Shown here: piece by piece, positions 14,978 through 32,081 of the stretch | How positions within the stretch are numbered: position 1 is the first letter of the stretch | How the letters are laid out: every line of letters starts with the position of its first letter | Origin: Eledone cirrhosa | Lineage: Eukaryota | Assembly: GCA_964016885.1 (NCBI GenBank) | Contig: CAXHJY010001637.1 | Location: 7,195 to 71,194, forward strand | Direction of reading: 5' to 3' | Length of the DNA: 64,000 bases | The notes under the pieces: generated by a model | Told to the model about the DNA's origin: nothing | Database searches by the model: none | The model's input: the letters and a program-made list of their open reading frames with translations, nothing else | Made by a program: the position numbers and the translations under genes

Positions 14978-15020
14978 GTCACTGAAGAGGTCACAGAGTG
15001 TGTGACGAAAGAACTATGAC
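14978..15020 (+). ncRNA. minimal hammerhead ribozyme (family B, inverted pLTR)
   Basis: GTCA-CTGAAGA-GGTCACAGAGTGTGTGAC-GAAA-GAAC-TA-TGAC. Confidence 0.8.
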
Positions 15021-15182
15021 AATATATAAACAACTATCTGGTTGTGGAACCAACCAACCAACCAGAAATTTATAAATTTATAAATTTATTATAAATTTAT
15101 TATAATAATAAATTGAAGTGAAAGCAATGGTGCGTGGGTTTCTTATTGGCAACATGACCCTCCCAAAGTATAACAATACATG

Positions 15183-15217
<35 letters not shown>

Positions 15218-15220
15218 GTA

Positions 15221-15341
<121 letters not shown>

Positions 15342-15344
15342 GTA

Positions 15345-15493
<149 letters not shown>

Positions 15494-15494
15494 T

Positions 15495-16090
<596 letters not shown>

Positions 16091-16098
16091 TATGTATG

Positions 16099-16272
<174 letters not shown>

Positions 16273-16357
16273 ACTTTGAATAACTTTGAAATGTTTTGGC
16301 CAGTACTGGCCCAGGCCATGTCTAACTTAATAGCACCACCTGGCGAAGTCTTTCAAT

Positions 16358-19300
16358 TCAGGATTTGGGCACCATGGCCCATTCGAGAAGAGAATTACTG
16401 TTTGCGGAGACATATCCGGGTGTGGGTGGTTTGTCCGGGATTACTTGGAGGAATTTGTCCAAAGACTTCTTGAATTTTGTGTGGTCAGTTTCTGTTTTGA
16501 CGTGTCCTGGTGTGATGTTGAAGAGAGCAGGGCCGATTGAGGTGAAATAATTGTGCCGTATTGTTGTTATGAGTTGCGATTTAGATTTTTGAATGGGACG
16601 GATAGCACGGGGCCCAAGCCTTGGGTGTATCTTGAAGGCGATGCCAACATCATTTGGGCAGTGATGATGGAACATTTTCCACATCATGCAGATAATATAA
16701 CGCTCACGGCGACGTTGGAGTGAGTAAAGTTTCAGGTTTTCTAATCGACCCCAGTAGTCAAGGTCTGACATGCCATCTATCTTTTTCGTGATTGCCCTTT
16801 GAGGAGCTTCAAGTTTCATGATACTTTGTTTCGTGTGGGGAGACCACAGTGGACAACAGTATTCAAGGTGTGGTCGGGCGAAAGTAGAGAAGAGAAGGAT
16901 AATGGTGCGGGAATCTCTCGACTGGAAGGTTCTGAGGATCCAGGAACACATTCTGCGGGCCATGTCAACTTTGCTGCTTATATGCGTGGTCCAGCTTATG
17001 TTGTTGTCCACGGTTACTCCCAAGTCTCTGATGTTGTTAGATGCCACGAGAGTTTCCCCGGAGGGAAGGGAGTACGGGAGTTTCAGAGCATCCTCTTTTC
17101 CAAAGTGGATCAGTTCGAATTTGTCTTCGTTTAGTAACATGTTGTTCTTTTCTGCCCATTGGGTAACAGCCAGTAGGTCTGACTGACGGCTTATCCGGTC
17201 ATCCACGCCATTGATGACCTTTTGGAGCTTGGAATCATCAGCGAAAATTTTAATGTTGCTGTGTTTGATGATGTCAGTGATGTCATTAATATAGATGATG
17301 AAGAGAAGTGGGCCCAACACAGTGCCTTGTGGGACCCCACTACTGACTTTGGCTGGGCTTGATTTGACTCCCTCAACTACAACATGTTGGGTTCTGTTTG
17401 ACAGGAAGCTCTTGATCCACTGCAGCAGCTTTCCAGTGACACCAGTATTGGACAGCTTTCTCAGTAGAATGTTATGATCAACCCTGTCAAAGGCCTTGCT
17501 GAAATCAAGGTAGATAACATCAGTGTTGGAACCCTCTCCCAAGGCTCTCAAAATGTCATCAAAGTGATGCAGTAGCTGCGTCAGGCAATCCCTTCCATTA
17601 CGGAATCCATGCTGGTTGGAGTTCAGCATATTGTTACTCTCAAGGAAGTGGGTCATTCGCGATCTCACCACTCGCTCAAATACCTTAATGATATGAGAGG
17701 TGAGTGAGATTGGACGGTAATTCACGGCAAGGGATTTGTTTCCCTTTTTGAAAACTGGGACAACAGACTGGGATAGAAGGTTTTCTGGCACATATCCAGC
17801 ATCCAGTGAGTTCCGCCACAGATTGGCAAGAGGAGATGCAAGTTGGTGTTGACACGCCTTCAAGACACAAGCAGGGAACCTATCGGGACCTACTGCTGAA
17901 TTATGCTTGATTTCCTTTATTGCCGCCAAGACATCAGGGGCGCCAAACGTTATGTCCGATAAGGTGTAATGGGGAGTAACATCGCCGATACAGCCCAGAT
18001 CGGCCATATCAGGATTGCTGAAAACAGAGCAGTATTGTTTCTGCAGTATCTCACCCATGGTTTTAGCATTGTCTTGAAGAGTGCCATTTTCATCAATTAG
18101 AGGGCCAACAGTAGAGCCAGTGATTTTGTGTTTTTTTGCAAATGAAAAGAACACTTTGGGATTGAGTTTGATCTTCTCAATGCCCCAGGCCTCTTCAGCT
18201 CTTCTCTGATTGTTGATGAGGGACATTATGTTGTTTTGGAGGTTATGTTTTTTAATCTCTAGTGATGAAATGGCAGTCAAGTTGATGTGTTGCTGCTGAC
18301 AGTATTTCAGCTTGTTGATTTTTTTGTTCGTTCTCTTAATTTTTCTGATGAGCGTTTTTCTATTTCTAGGGATTCTGCTCTTAGATTTGTTTATAGTTCT
18401 TAATGGGGTGTGTTTAGCACATATGTTTGTAACAGTGTCCACAAATGTCTGCCAGGACTTTTTGATGTTAGTGGGTGTATGAGTGTGCGTGAAGGACCAG
18501 TCGACATGTGCAAGATCATGACTGATCGCTTCCCAGTTTGCATTGTGGAAATCCATAGCGTCAAACGGATGGACAGGAGAGATGACATTGGGTTTGTATA
18601 TTGGACGGTGGAATCTCAGATCACAGAGAACCATGTCATGATCAGAGAGTAGAGTTTTCTCCACTGCAATATTGTGGATATTGTCAGTGTGATTGCTGAA
18701 AATTAAGTCTAGGACGTTTTTGTGGCACCTCGTTGGTTCGAGCACCAGTTGGGATAGGAAGAGATCATCCATGAAGTCAAGAAGCGATTCCACAGCTTCC
18801 CTGTCAGAGGTTGAGGCAGAAGAACCTGGTGGCAGGCTGTTTGTGGACCAGTCAACTCCGGGGAGGTTGAAGTCCCCCATCACTAAGATGTTGTCAGGGT
18901 GACACTCTTGGATGAAACACTTTATGCTGTTGAGGCATTCCTTGAAGCATGGTACAGGCGTGTGGGGTGGCCTATAGAGCCCAACTACTAATAGGTTGTT
19001 GGTTTGACTGAATACAGTGACTGCTTCACAGTATCCATTAGTGAATATGTTCATAGCTTCTGTTGAGAAAGAATTATGGACATAAATGGCAGTTCCGCCC
19101 TTTCTTCTGCCAGCGCGATCAGCACGGATGGCTTTGAAATTTTCCACTTTCACCTAGGCTTCCAAGTGGAGGTTACTGAGATGGGTTTCAGTGAGGACGA
19201 AGAAAGGGATGTGGTTTGGATGGACATCAATCCAGTCCTCCAGGAATTTGATCTTCCATTTTTGAGTATTGGTGGAAGGGCTGATGCCTTGAGCGTTAAG

Positions 19301-19378
19301 CAAAAATGTAGAGGCGAGAGTGGATGGTTTTAATTGTTTTGGTGTGTTGTTAATTTGTTTGTTTGTTAATGGCAGCAA
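16358..19378 (-). pseudogene. CR1 ORF2 (APE endonuclease + reverse transcriptase) with one in-frame TAG at 19154-19156
   Basis: LLNAQGI, LTETHL, GLYRPP, MGDFN, LDLIF, SDHD; [51 protein letters not shown]. Confidence 0.92.
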
Positions 19379-19828
19379 TGGGAGTTTGTGCAGTGGGGTG
19401 ATAGTGGAGGGTGGTGCTGGGTGATAGCTCGAATGTTTTTTTCCAGTTCTTTTGCCAGATTCATTATGGCTAAAAAAGAGGAAGAAGTTTCCTGTTTAGA
19501 AGACTGTTGGTGACTGTGGTAGTGGTTATTTTTATGTAGGTTATGGTTTTTGTTTTTGCTTTTATTTTTAATTTTATTTTCATTTGTCCGACGGGTCCCC
19601 GGGAGATGGGTAAAGGGACAATCCCGGTCTAAACACAATCTGTCTCGCAGGGAAAAACGGCAGATTTGTGGATTCCTTGTTTGAGTTATTGGTGGTTGTG
19701 TTGGTGTTAAATTAGAGTATGTATTATGGTGGTGGCTGTTTGTGGGGATAGATCGTTTTGTCCTAGGTAAATGGGTGAATTTGCAGCCACTATCCGTACA
19801 TATTCTATAGCGTAGAGAGTAGCGGCAA

Positions 19829-19830
<2 letters not shown>
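19366..19830 (-). pseudogene. CR1 ORF1 C-terminal part with two CCCH zinc fingers
   Basis: [19 protein letters not shown] and [19 protein letters not shown] (C-x8-C-x4-C-x3-H); the upstream part of the listed ORF is (TA)n artefact. Confidence 0.75.
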
Positions 19831-19922
<92 letters not shown>

Positions 19923-19926
19923 GTAC

Positions 19927-20506
<580 letters not shown>

Positions 20507-20513
20507 GTATATA

Positions 20514-20627
<114 letters not shown>

Positions 20628-20629
20628 TC

Positions 20630-20791
<162 letters not shown>

Positions 20792-20805
20792 TGTATATAT
20801 ACATG

Positions 20806-22260
<1,455 letters not shown>

Positions 22261-22625
22261 GGTTATTTTTCATTTTGTAAAAAAAACCTCACTTTCTAAT
22301 ATATATATATATATATATATGTATATATGGCAGCTTAAGGATTTACAGAAACCCAAGAAATAGATTTACCATCTTTCTAGCGGGTCCGGGTATGCTTTTT
22401 ACATTCATTTGATTTATTGATTTATTGATATTTTATCTGAGTGTCCCGAATCTTCCAGATCGGAATTTTTCGGTCGTATGGTTGATTTTAGACATGTTCT
22501 ATGTGTGACGGTATTTTAACGATAGTTATAGCTCTGATTTATCTGAATTATTGAGTCCTCTGCCGCTCATTTCGAATTTTGTTTATCGTGAACTCGTGCG
22601 CCGATTTTTCGATACTCGATTATTC

Positions 22626-22661
<36 letters not shown>

Positions 22662-22666
22662 ACATA

Positions 22667-25540
<2,874 letters not shown>

Positions 25541-25569
25541 ATATATATATATGTGTATATATATATGTG

Positions 25570-25611
<42 letters not shown>

Positions 25612-25645
25612 TATATATATATATGTGTATATATATATATATGTG

Positions 25646-25729
<84 letters not shown>

Positions 25730-25793
25730 AAAGAGAAAACAGGTAAGCATTAAGAGAAGGATTTAAAACTGGATCACAATAAGCAATTTTTTG

Positions 25794-26117
25794 CAAACAC
25801 ACACAGACACCCGGATGTGGCGCATGCGCAAACTGAGCACACAATACACACACAGAAACAAAATGGCGTAGGACAGAAGAAAGGAAAGGCACAGAAACAA
25901 AGAAAGGAATCCACAGTCACTGAAGAGGTCACAGAGTGTGTGACGAAAGGACTATGACTATATATAAACAACTATCTGGTTGTGGAACCAACCAACCAAC
26001 CAGAAATTTATAAGTTTGTAGATTTGTAAATTTATAAATTTATAAATATATAATAAATTGAAGTGAAAGCAACTGGTGCGTGTGTTTCTTATTGGCAACA
26101 TGACCCTCCCAAAGTAT

Positions 26118-26123
<6 letters not shown>
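25794..26123 (+). mobile_element. solo family B pLTR fragment
   Basis: Matches 14862-15178; ends at ...AAGTATAACAATA|(TA)n. Confidence 0.85.
25915..25959 (+). ncRNA. minimal hammerhead ribozyme (family B variant)
   Basis: AGTCA-CTGAAGA-GGTCACAGAGTGTGTGAC-GAAA-GGAC-TA-TGACT; stem I extended to 5 bp. Confidence 0.8.
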
Positions 26124-26171
<48 letters not shown>

Positions 26172-26176
26172 GTATG

Positions 26177-26230
<54 letters not shown>

Positions 26231-26238
26231 TATGTATG

Positions 26239-26324
<86 letters not shown>

Positions 26325-26326
26325 TG

Positions 26327-26367
<41 letters not shown>

Positions 26368-26462
26368 ATATATATATATGTATGTATATATATATGTATG
26401 TATATATATATATATATATGTATGTATATATATATATATATGTATGTATATATATATATATA

Positions 26463-26509
<47 letters not shown>

Positions 26510-26532
26510 GTATATATATGTATATATATATG

Positions 26533-26569
<37 letters not shown>

Positions 26570-26576
26570 GTATATA

Positions 26577-26688
<112 letters not shown>

Positions 26689-27443
26689 TACAATTAAGTT
26701 AAAGTGTACATCTACATATGTATACGGAAGTATTAGTATGCATATAAATACACACAAGTATACATATGTACATGTACTCAGCTTTTCACTAGACACTTTA
26801 CAGTGAGTGTCAGCTAGTCTGTATGTAACCACACAGGCGGACCGGGTTTTAGAGTCATACGAGTTTTCAAGGAAACACATTTCCTCTATTCTCCAGAGGG
26901 CCAGACAGGAATATTGGACTAGTTTCGATGTTATTACATCTCATCAGCAATATTTACCCATCTTCCGGCTTCTCTGGAGAATTGTAAAAGCACATATCGT
27001 TATATGCTTTTTCTATGAAAATTAGTAGTGGGTAGACTAATTTGCATAGAACGTGAGTCATTGTACGCACCGGTTCAGCGAAACGATAAAAACAAATAAC
27101 GAAACGAAATTAAATTTCGTTTCGCTTCTAACTCACTTTTGTATGACTGACGCTTAAACAATTAAGTTAAAGTGTACATCTACATATGTATACGGAAGTA
27201 TTAGTATGCATATAAATACACACATGTATACATATGTACATGTACTCAGCTTTTCACTAGACAAAGTGTCTAGTGAAAAGCTGAGTACATGTACATATGT
27301 ATACATGTGTGTATTTATATGCATACTAATACTTCCGTATACATATGTAGATGTACACTTTAACTTAATTGTTTAAGCGTCAGTCATACAAAAGTGAGTT
27401 AGAAGCGAAACGAAATTTAATTTCGTTTCGTTATTTGTTTTTA
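26689..27443 (-). mobile_element. ORF-less retrozyme/pLTR-like element, family E: 469-bp unit in partial tandem plus terminal fold-back
   Basis: 26689-26796 repeats at 27158-27263; 27087-27263 / 27267-27443 form a perfect hairpin; canonical hammerhead inside; (TA)n flanks. Confidence 0.8.
26910..26954 (-). ncRNA. canonical type I minimal hammerhead ribozyme (family E)
   Basis: AAUAUUG-CUGAUGA-GAUGU(aaua)ACAUC-GAAA-CUAG-UC-CAAUAUU: 7-bp stem I, 5-bp stem II, palindromic stem III ACUAGU, GUC site. Confidence 0.92.
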
Positions 27444-27487
27444 TATATATATATGTATATATATGTATATATATATATATGTATATA

Positions 27488-27559
<72 letters not shown>

Positions 27560-27565
27560 TATGTC

Positions 27566-27876
<311 letters not shown>

Positions 27877-27877
27877 G

Positions 27878-27931
<54 letters not shown>

Positions 27932-27939
27932 TATGTATG

Positions 27940-28134
<195 letters not shown>

Positions 28135-28389
28135 GTATATATATATATATGTATGTATATATATATATATATAGTATTTAGGTATCGAGAAAGAGAGAAA
28201 AAGGAGGGATAGGTGATACATATAGTTATTTGCCAAGTAGCGTATGCCAAAGGTGCTCGATACTAGTGCCGGCAGTATTAAATATTCGAAGTGTTAATAT
28301 TTAGTCGGCTAGAGAGTTAGCAGAGCGTAAGCACGTGGGAAAGTAAAAAATCGGAGAATAGACCGTTAAAACATGTTTATTTAAAATAT

Positions 28390-28428
28390 CACCTACGTAC
28401 GTTTGGCCCAGTTGGGCTTCTCAAGGGC
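28390..28428 (-). ncRNA. degenerate hammerhead (U3-A8 core, GAAA mutated to CAAA)
   Basis: GCCC-UUGAGAA-GCCCA(ac)UGGGC-CAAA-CGUACG-UA-GGUG, ~300 nt downstream of the GIY-YIG stop. Confidence 0.5.
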
Positions 28429-28722
28429 ATAAATAATCACAAGTGTTCCTTATATAGTTCGGAAAGAGTTTTGGGGGTTAAATCTACATCAAGATTCATT
28501 GCTCGCAAAAATATCTTGTTTTGATTTTGCAGCAGGTCAAGGGAGATAACTCTGGCCGGTGTTAGGGCAGTCTTTCCCGGATAAATGTTTTTTTTTTTTT
28601 TTTGTCGCATCCGTCTGTCTGAGGCTGGGTCTGGTATGCAAGGATTGTTTTCTGGGTGTTATTTTGCTGCGCCTGCCTGCCGGGGTGTTAAGACTTGTTG
28701 CAGGGAGATCCATTGTACTATT

Positions 28723-29514
28723 TCACTCTTCATTCTTAACCCATCTAAAGAAGGATATTTTTAAGCGATGTGTACAACTTATCGCTGTTTCAGCTCTGCT
28801 GTTGATAAGCTCGTGGGGTGCAGTTATGATGTGGTAGAGCTCCATGAGGCAACGATCGCATTTCCTCTTGAATTTGTACGGTGCAGCCCTGCCGACAATC
28901 TCCCAGTGCGTGGAGAAGCTGATGTTTAAGTCCTTTAGTGATGTGATGTAGTCCGCGAGCGAAGTGGAGTGCCTTAGTTTTCTATTTGTGAAAGAGTGGA
29001 GATGTGTTCGAAACCTAATTTTGAACGGGCCGGAGGTGGCCCCTATATAATGTTTAACGCTATTGTGGCTAGTAATAGTGCATCTATATATAACCCTATC
29101 AGTCAAGCAGTATCCTCTAAGGGGGCAGCGTCCTCTGTCGCGGCAGTTGCAATTTCTGTCGCGGTTCCGTCTATTTCCCACGGTAAGGCTATCATTGTTG
29201 CTGCCTACGTTGTTACCTACAATACCGCAGCTGTCGTTAGCACAATTACAACCCACAGCACGCGGGATGGTGCGATTGTTATTCCGCACGTCATGTTCTG
29301 CATGTTCCCCAGTCACTTCGCGGTCATTCTGGTTGCGTCTGCGGATGTTGTTGCCAACACTATTGGATGCTGTCAGGGAGTTGTTAAGGCCGATATAGTT
29401 ATTGTCAGGTGTAGGTGCGTCTGTGTCGAGGTGCTGTGTCTTGGTGATCTTACTGTGGTTCGTTGTTCCTATGATGTCTGCACATGAACGCACATGTGTC
29501 GCAGCGCCTAGCAC
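28723..29514 (-). pseudogene. Penelope-like (Nematis-type) GIY-YIG endonuclease C-terminal ORF
   Basis: NCNCRDRGRCPLRGYCLTDRVIYRC..HYIGATSGPFKIRFRTHLHSF..STSLADYI..WEIV..CDRCLME..LINSRAE..SCTH; no RT upstream. Confidence 0.85.
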
Positions 29515-29690
29515 GTCCCATACTCGTGCCGCTAAAAATAGCAGCCGGTTTTCTGGGACTAAAAATTAGCTTACGTCTGGAGCCGAGAATATTATATATA
29601 GATTTATAAACTCAAATATTACACGGCTCAGAAATATTCCTTTCTTTGAGCTATTTAATTGTAAAAGACTATTTGAGTTTATAACTCTCT

Positions 29691-29770
<80 letters not shown>

Positions 29771-29907
29771 AACACACACACATCACACGCGCATGCGCAT
29801 ATATCGGCATATATATATAGATATGTGTATATTGATAAATATATGTATATACTCTTTTACTCATTTACCTGTTCCAGCCATCCGCCTGAGGCCATGCTGG
29901 GCCACCG

Positions 29908-29959
<52 letters not shown>

Positions 29960-29966
<7 letters not shown>

Positions 29967-30170
29967 AATAAGTCAAATGTCTAAAATTTGGCTTCGTTTA
30001 TTACTGCTATATATATTTGGTGACAGCCAGCTTTGGCTGTGACCTCTTCAGGCAGTCCGAATTAGTGTGGTAGAGACGAGTACACATGTTGTTGAGGTGT
30101 TTAACTTTGTCAATACTCTGATATGCCCAGTTTCTGGTTGGGTTGTTATTTCACTGAGGAACTGGAATAT
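29960..30170 (-). mobile_element. family F pLTR fragment with damaged hammerhead (30003-30056)
   Basis: Homologous to 46237-46447; ACUGC-CUGAAGA-GGUCACAGCCA(aagc)UGGCUGUCACC-AAA-UAUAUA-UA-GCAGU (G of GAAA missing). Confidence 0.7.
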
Positions 30171-30741
30171 ATATAGGGTATATAGAAAAGTGACACACGA
30201 GTTGATATATATATATATAAACAAAAAGTTAAAAGGAAAAAAAATACGGTAGAAAATGCTGGAGGGATTTTTTCAGTATAATATCAAAACAATTATTCAT
30301 AAAGTAGGGATTTTCACATTTAATAGTGTACTGGTTTCAGCTTTATATGCTTTTTCAACGACGGAAGTGAATATTGCAGTTAAATTGCATACGAATGATA
30401 ATAGAATAGAGAAAAAAAAATTTTTTTTTACATACATATTTAGAGAGGAATGTTCATATTTTTCTCTGAAGCCTTCTTTCGTTTTCTGTTAGTGTTGACC
30501 AAAAGAGGTGGTAGCAGTTTAAATTGTTGACTTCAACTGTTGGCTTCGACTGGTAGTAGTGGGGAGAGAAGGGGAAGACGAAGGAGAGGGAGGCGGCGAA
30601 GGGGAAGTAGTGGGAGGGACATGGGATAGGTATGGTAGTAATACCAGGGCTATGGTAAGGAAGGGGAAGGCGGAGAATGGGTAGGTGGAATAGAAGGAGA
30701 CAGCAAGAAGCTGTGCTGGTGATAGACTTACTGTTAATAAT

Positions 30742-30928
30742 TGTTTCTATTTTTGGCACAAGGCCAGCAATTATCCCAGTGTATTACTGGTACTTTATTT
30801 TATCGACCCCGTAAGGATGAAAGGCAAAGTTAACCTTGGCGGGATTTGAACTCAGACCATAAAGGGCCGTAACTCTATGCGACAAAGCATGGCGTCCGAC
30901 CCTCTACCGATACTGCCAATCCACCGCG
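30742..30928 (-). mobile_element. full tRNA-derived SINE (family S1) with 15-bp TSD
   Basis: Pol III A-box-like TGGCAGTATCGG and B-box GAGTTCAAATCC, core GCCTTTCATCCTTACGGGGTCGATAAAAT; TSD CTTACTGTTAATAAT at 30727-30741 and 30929-30943. Confidence 0.9.
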
Positions 30929-31091
30929 CTTACTGTTAATAATGAAGCGCAAGGCGTGGGATTAGTTTGTGTCGACTGAGGAAGTAATAGCTTCTAAAAA
31001 TATCTATCTTGGTATTCCTGTCTGAAATGTTAGCATTCTTATATTGACCTGCAGTGTGGGTGTTTCTAAGAGATCTTCCTTTTCAGACATG

Positions 31092-31175
<84 letters not shown>

Positions 31176-31211
31176 AGAGATAGATAGATAGTGAGAGAGA
31201 TTTGAGATATG

Positions 31212-31244
<33 letters not shown>

Positions 31245-31365
31245 TGGGGGAGAAAAGGAGAGATAGATAGATAAATAGAGAGAGAGATTTGAGAGATGAT
31301 ATATATGTATATATATAGAGAGAGAGAGAAAGAGAGAGAGGGAGAGAGGGATGAGAGATAGATAT

Positions 31366-31399
<34 letters not shown>

Positions 31400-31740
31400 T
31401 TCTTTATTAGCCACAAGGGCGCAACAAGAAAAGGGGACAATACAAAGACATGCCGGGGATTTTACATACAATCGTGTAAAAAATATAAAAACAAACAATT
31501 TCAACAATCGAAATCCCCAATAGGGGGTAGGCGCCACAAATGGGTTGTTTAATACCCCGTCGATAGAACAACCCTCAACTCCAGGAGCGTGTTGTGCAAG
31601 TGCCCCTTTCTTCCTTTTGCTCTCTTCCTCAACCTACAGGCTTATAAACAGAGAAGGCCCAATCACTCGGGCCATTTTCGCTTCATTCACCCACCTTTCA
31701 GTAAATTTACTGGGGTGCAGTGCCTCTCTCTCCACTCCAG
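31400..31740 (-). mobile_element. 5'-truncated Tx1-type LINE 3' end
   Basis: GVEREALHPSKFTERW..* homologous to RMEREVLGPRQF of the adjacent element; 3' UTR ends AATAAAGAAA joined to (TCTA)n; 5' side in (TC)n. Confidence 0.65.
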
Positions 31741-31742
31741 AT

Positions 31743-31814
<72 letters not shown>

Positions 31815-32081
31815 GAGAGAGATAGAGAGAGATGAGAGATAGATAGAGAGATATAGAGAGAGCGAGAGAGAGAGTGAGAGAGATATATATAGTGACACCC
31901 GTGTCTGTAGAGCTTTTCTCGAACGGGCAGAGCCCCCCAGTAGCACTGCCAGGCTAGGGACCTCTGGAAGTTGTCCATGGGTCCCGGGCCGAAAGTTCTA
32001 CCGAACAGGCTGGCCAGTTCGTCCTCCTCCATGCCTAGCGACTCTCCAAAGGTGTCATCGCCTCTTCTAGCCACCAGCCCT

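Larger units (their letters stand above)
9460..15178 (-). mobile_element. Penelope-like retroelement (Neptune-like, family B): body 9460-13520, direct pLTR 13521-14448, inverted pLTR 14451-15178
   Basis: 13521-14448 repeats 9460-10390; 14451-15178 is an inverted copy; RT and GIY-YIG motifs; three hammerheads; (TA)n at the ends. Confidence 0.93.

Noticed and set aside
16276-18902. Plus-strand ORFs overlapping the LINEs
   Set aside because: Antisense shadows of RT coding sequence with no independent motifs
19154-19156. Programmed readthrough or selenocysteine in the CR1 ORF2 (and TGA at 23344 in copy 2)
   Set aside because: Each stop is private to one copy and is a sense codon in sister copies, so these are ordinary nonsense mutations
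30830-30928. tRNA genes suggested by A/B boxes (also 54111-54180)
   Set aside because: No cloverleaf; they are SINE heads followed by SINE core and tail with TSDs
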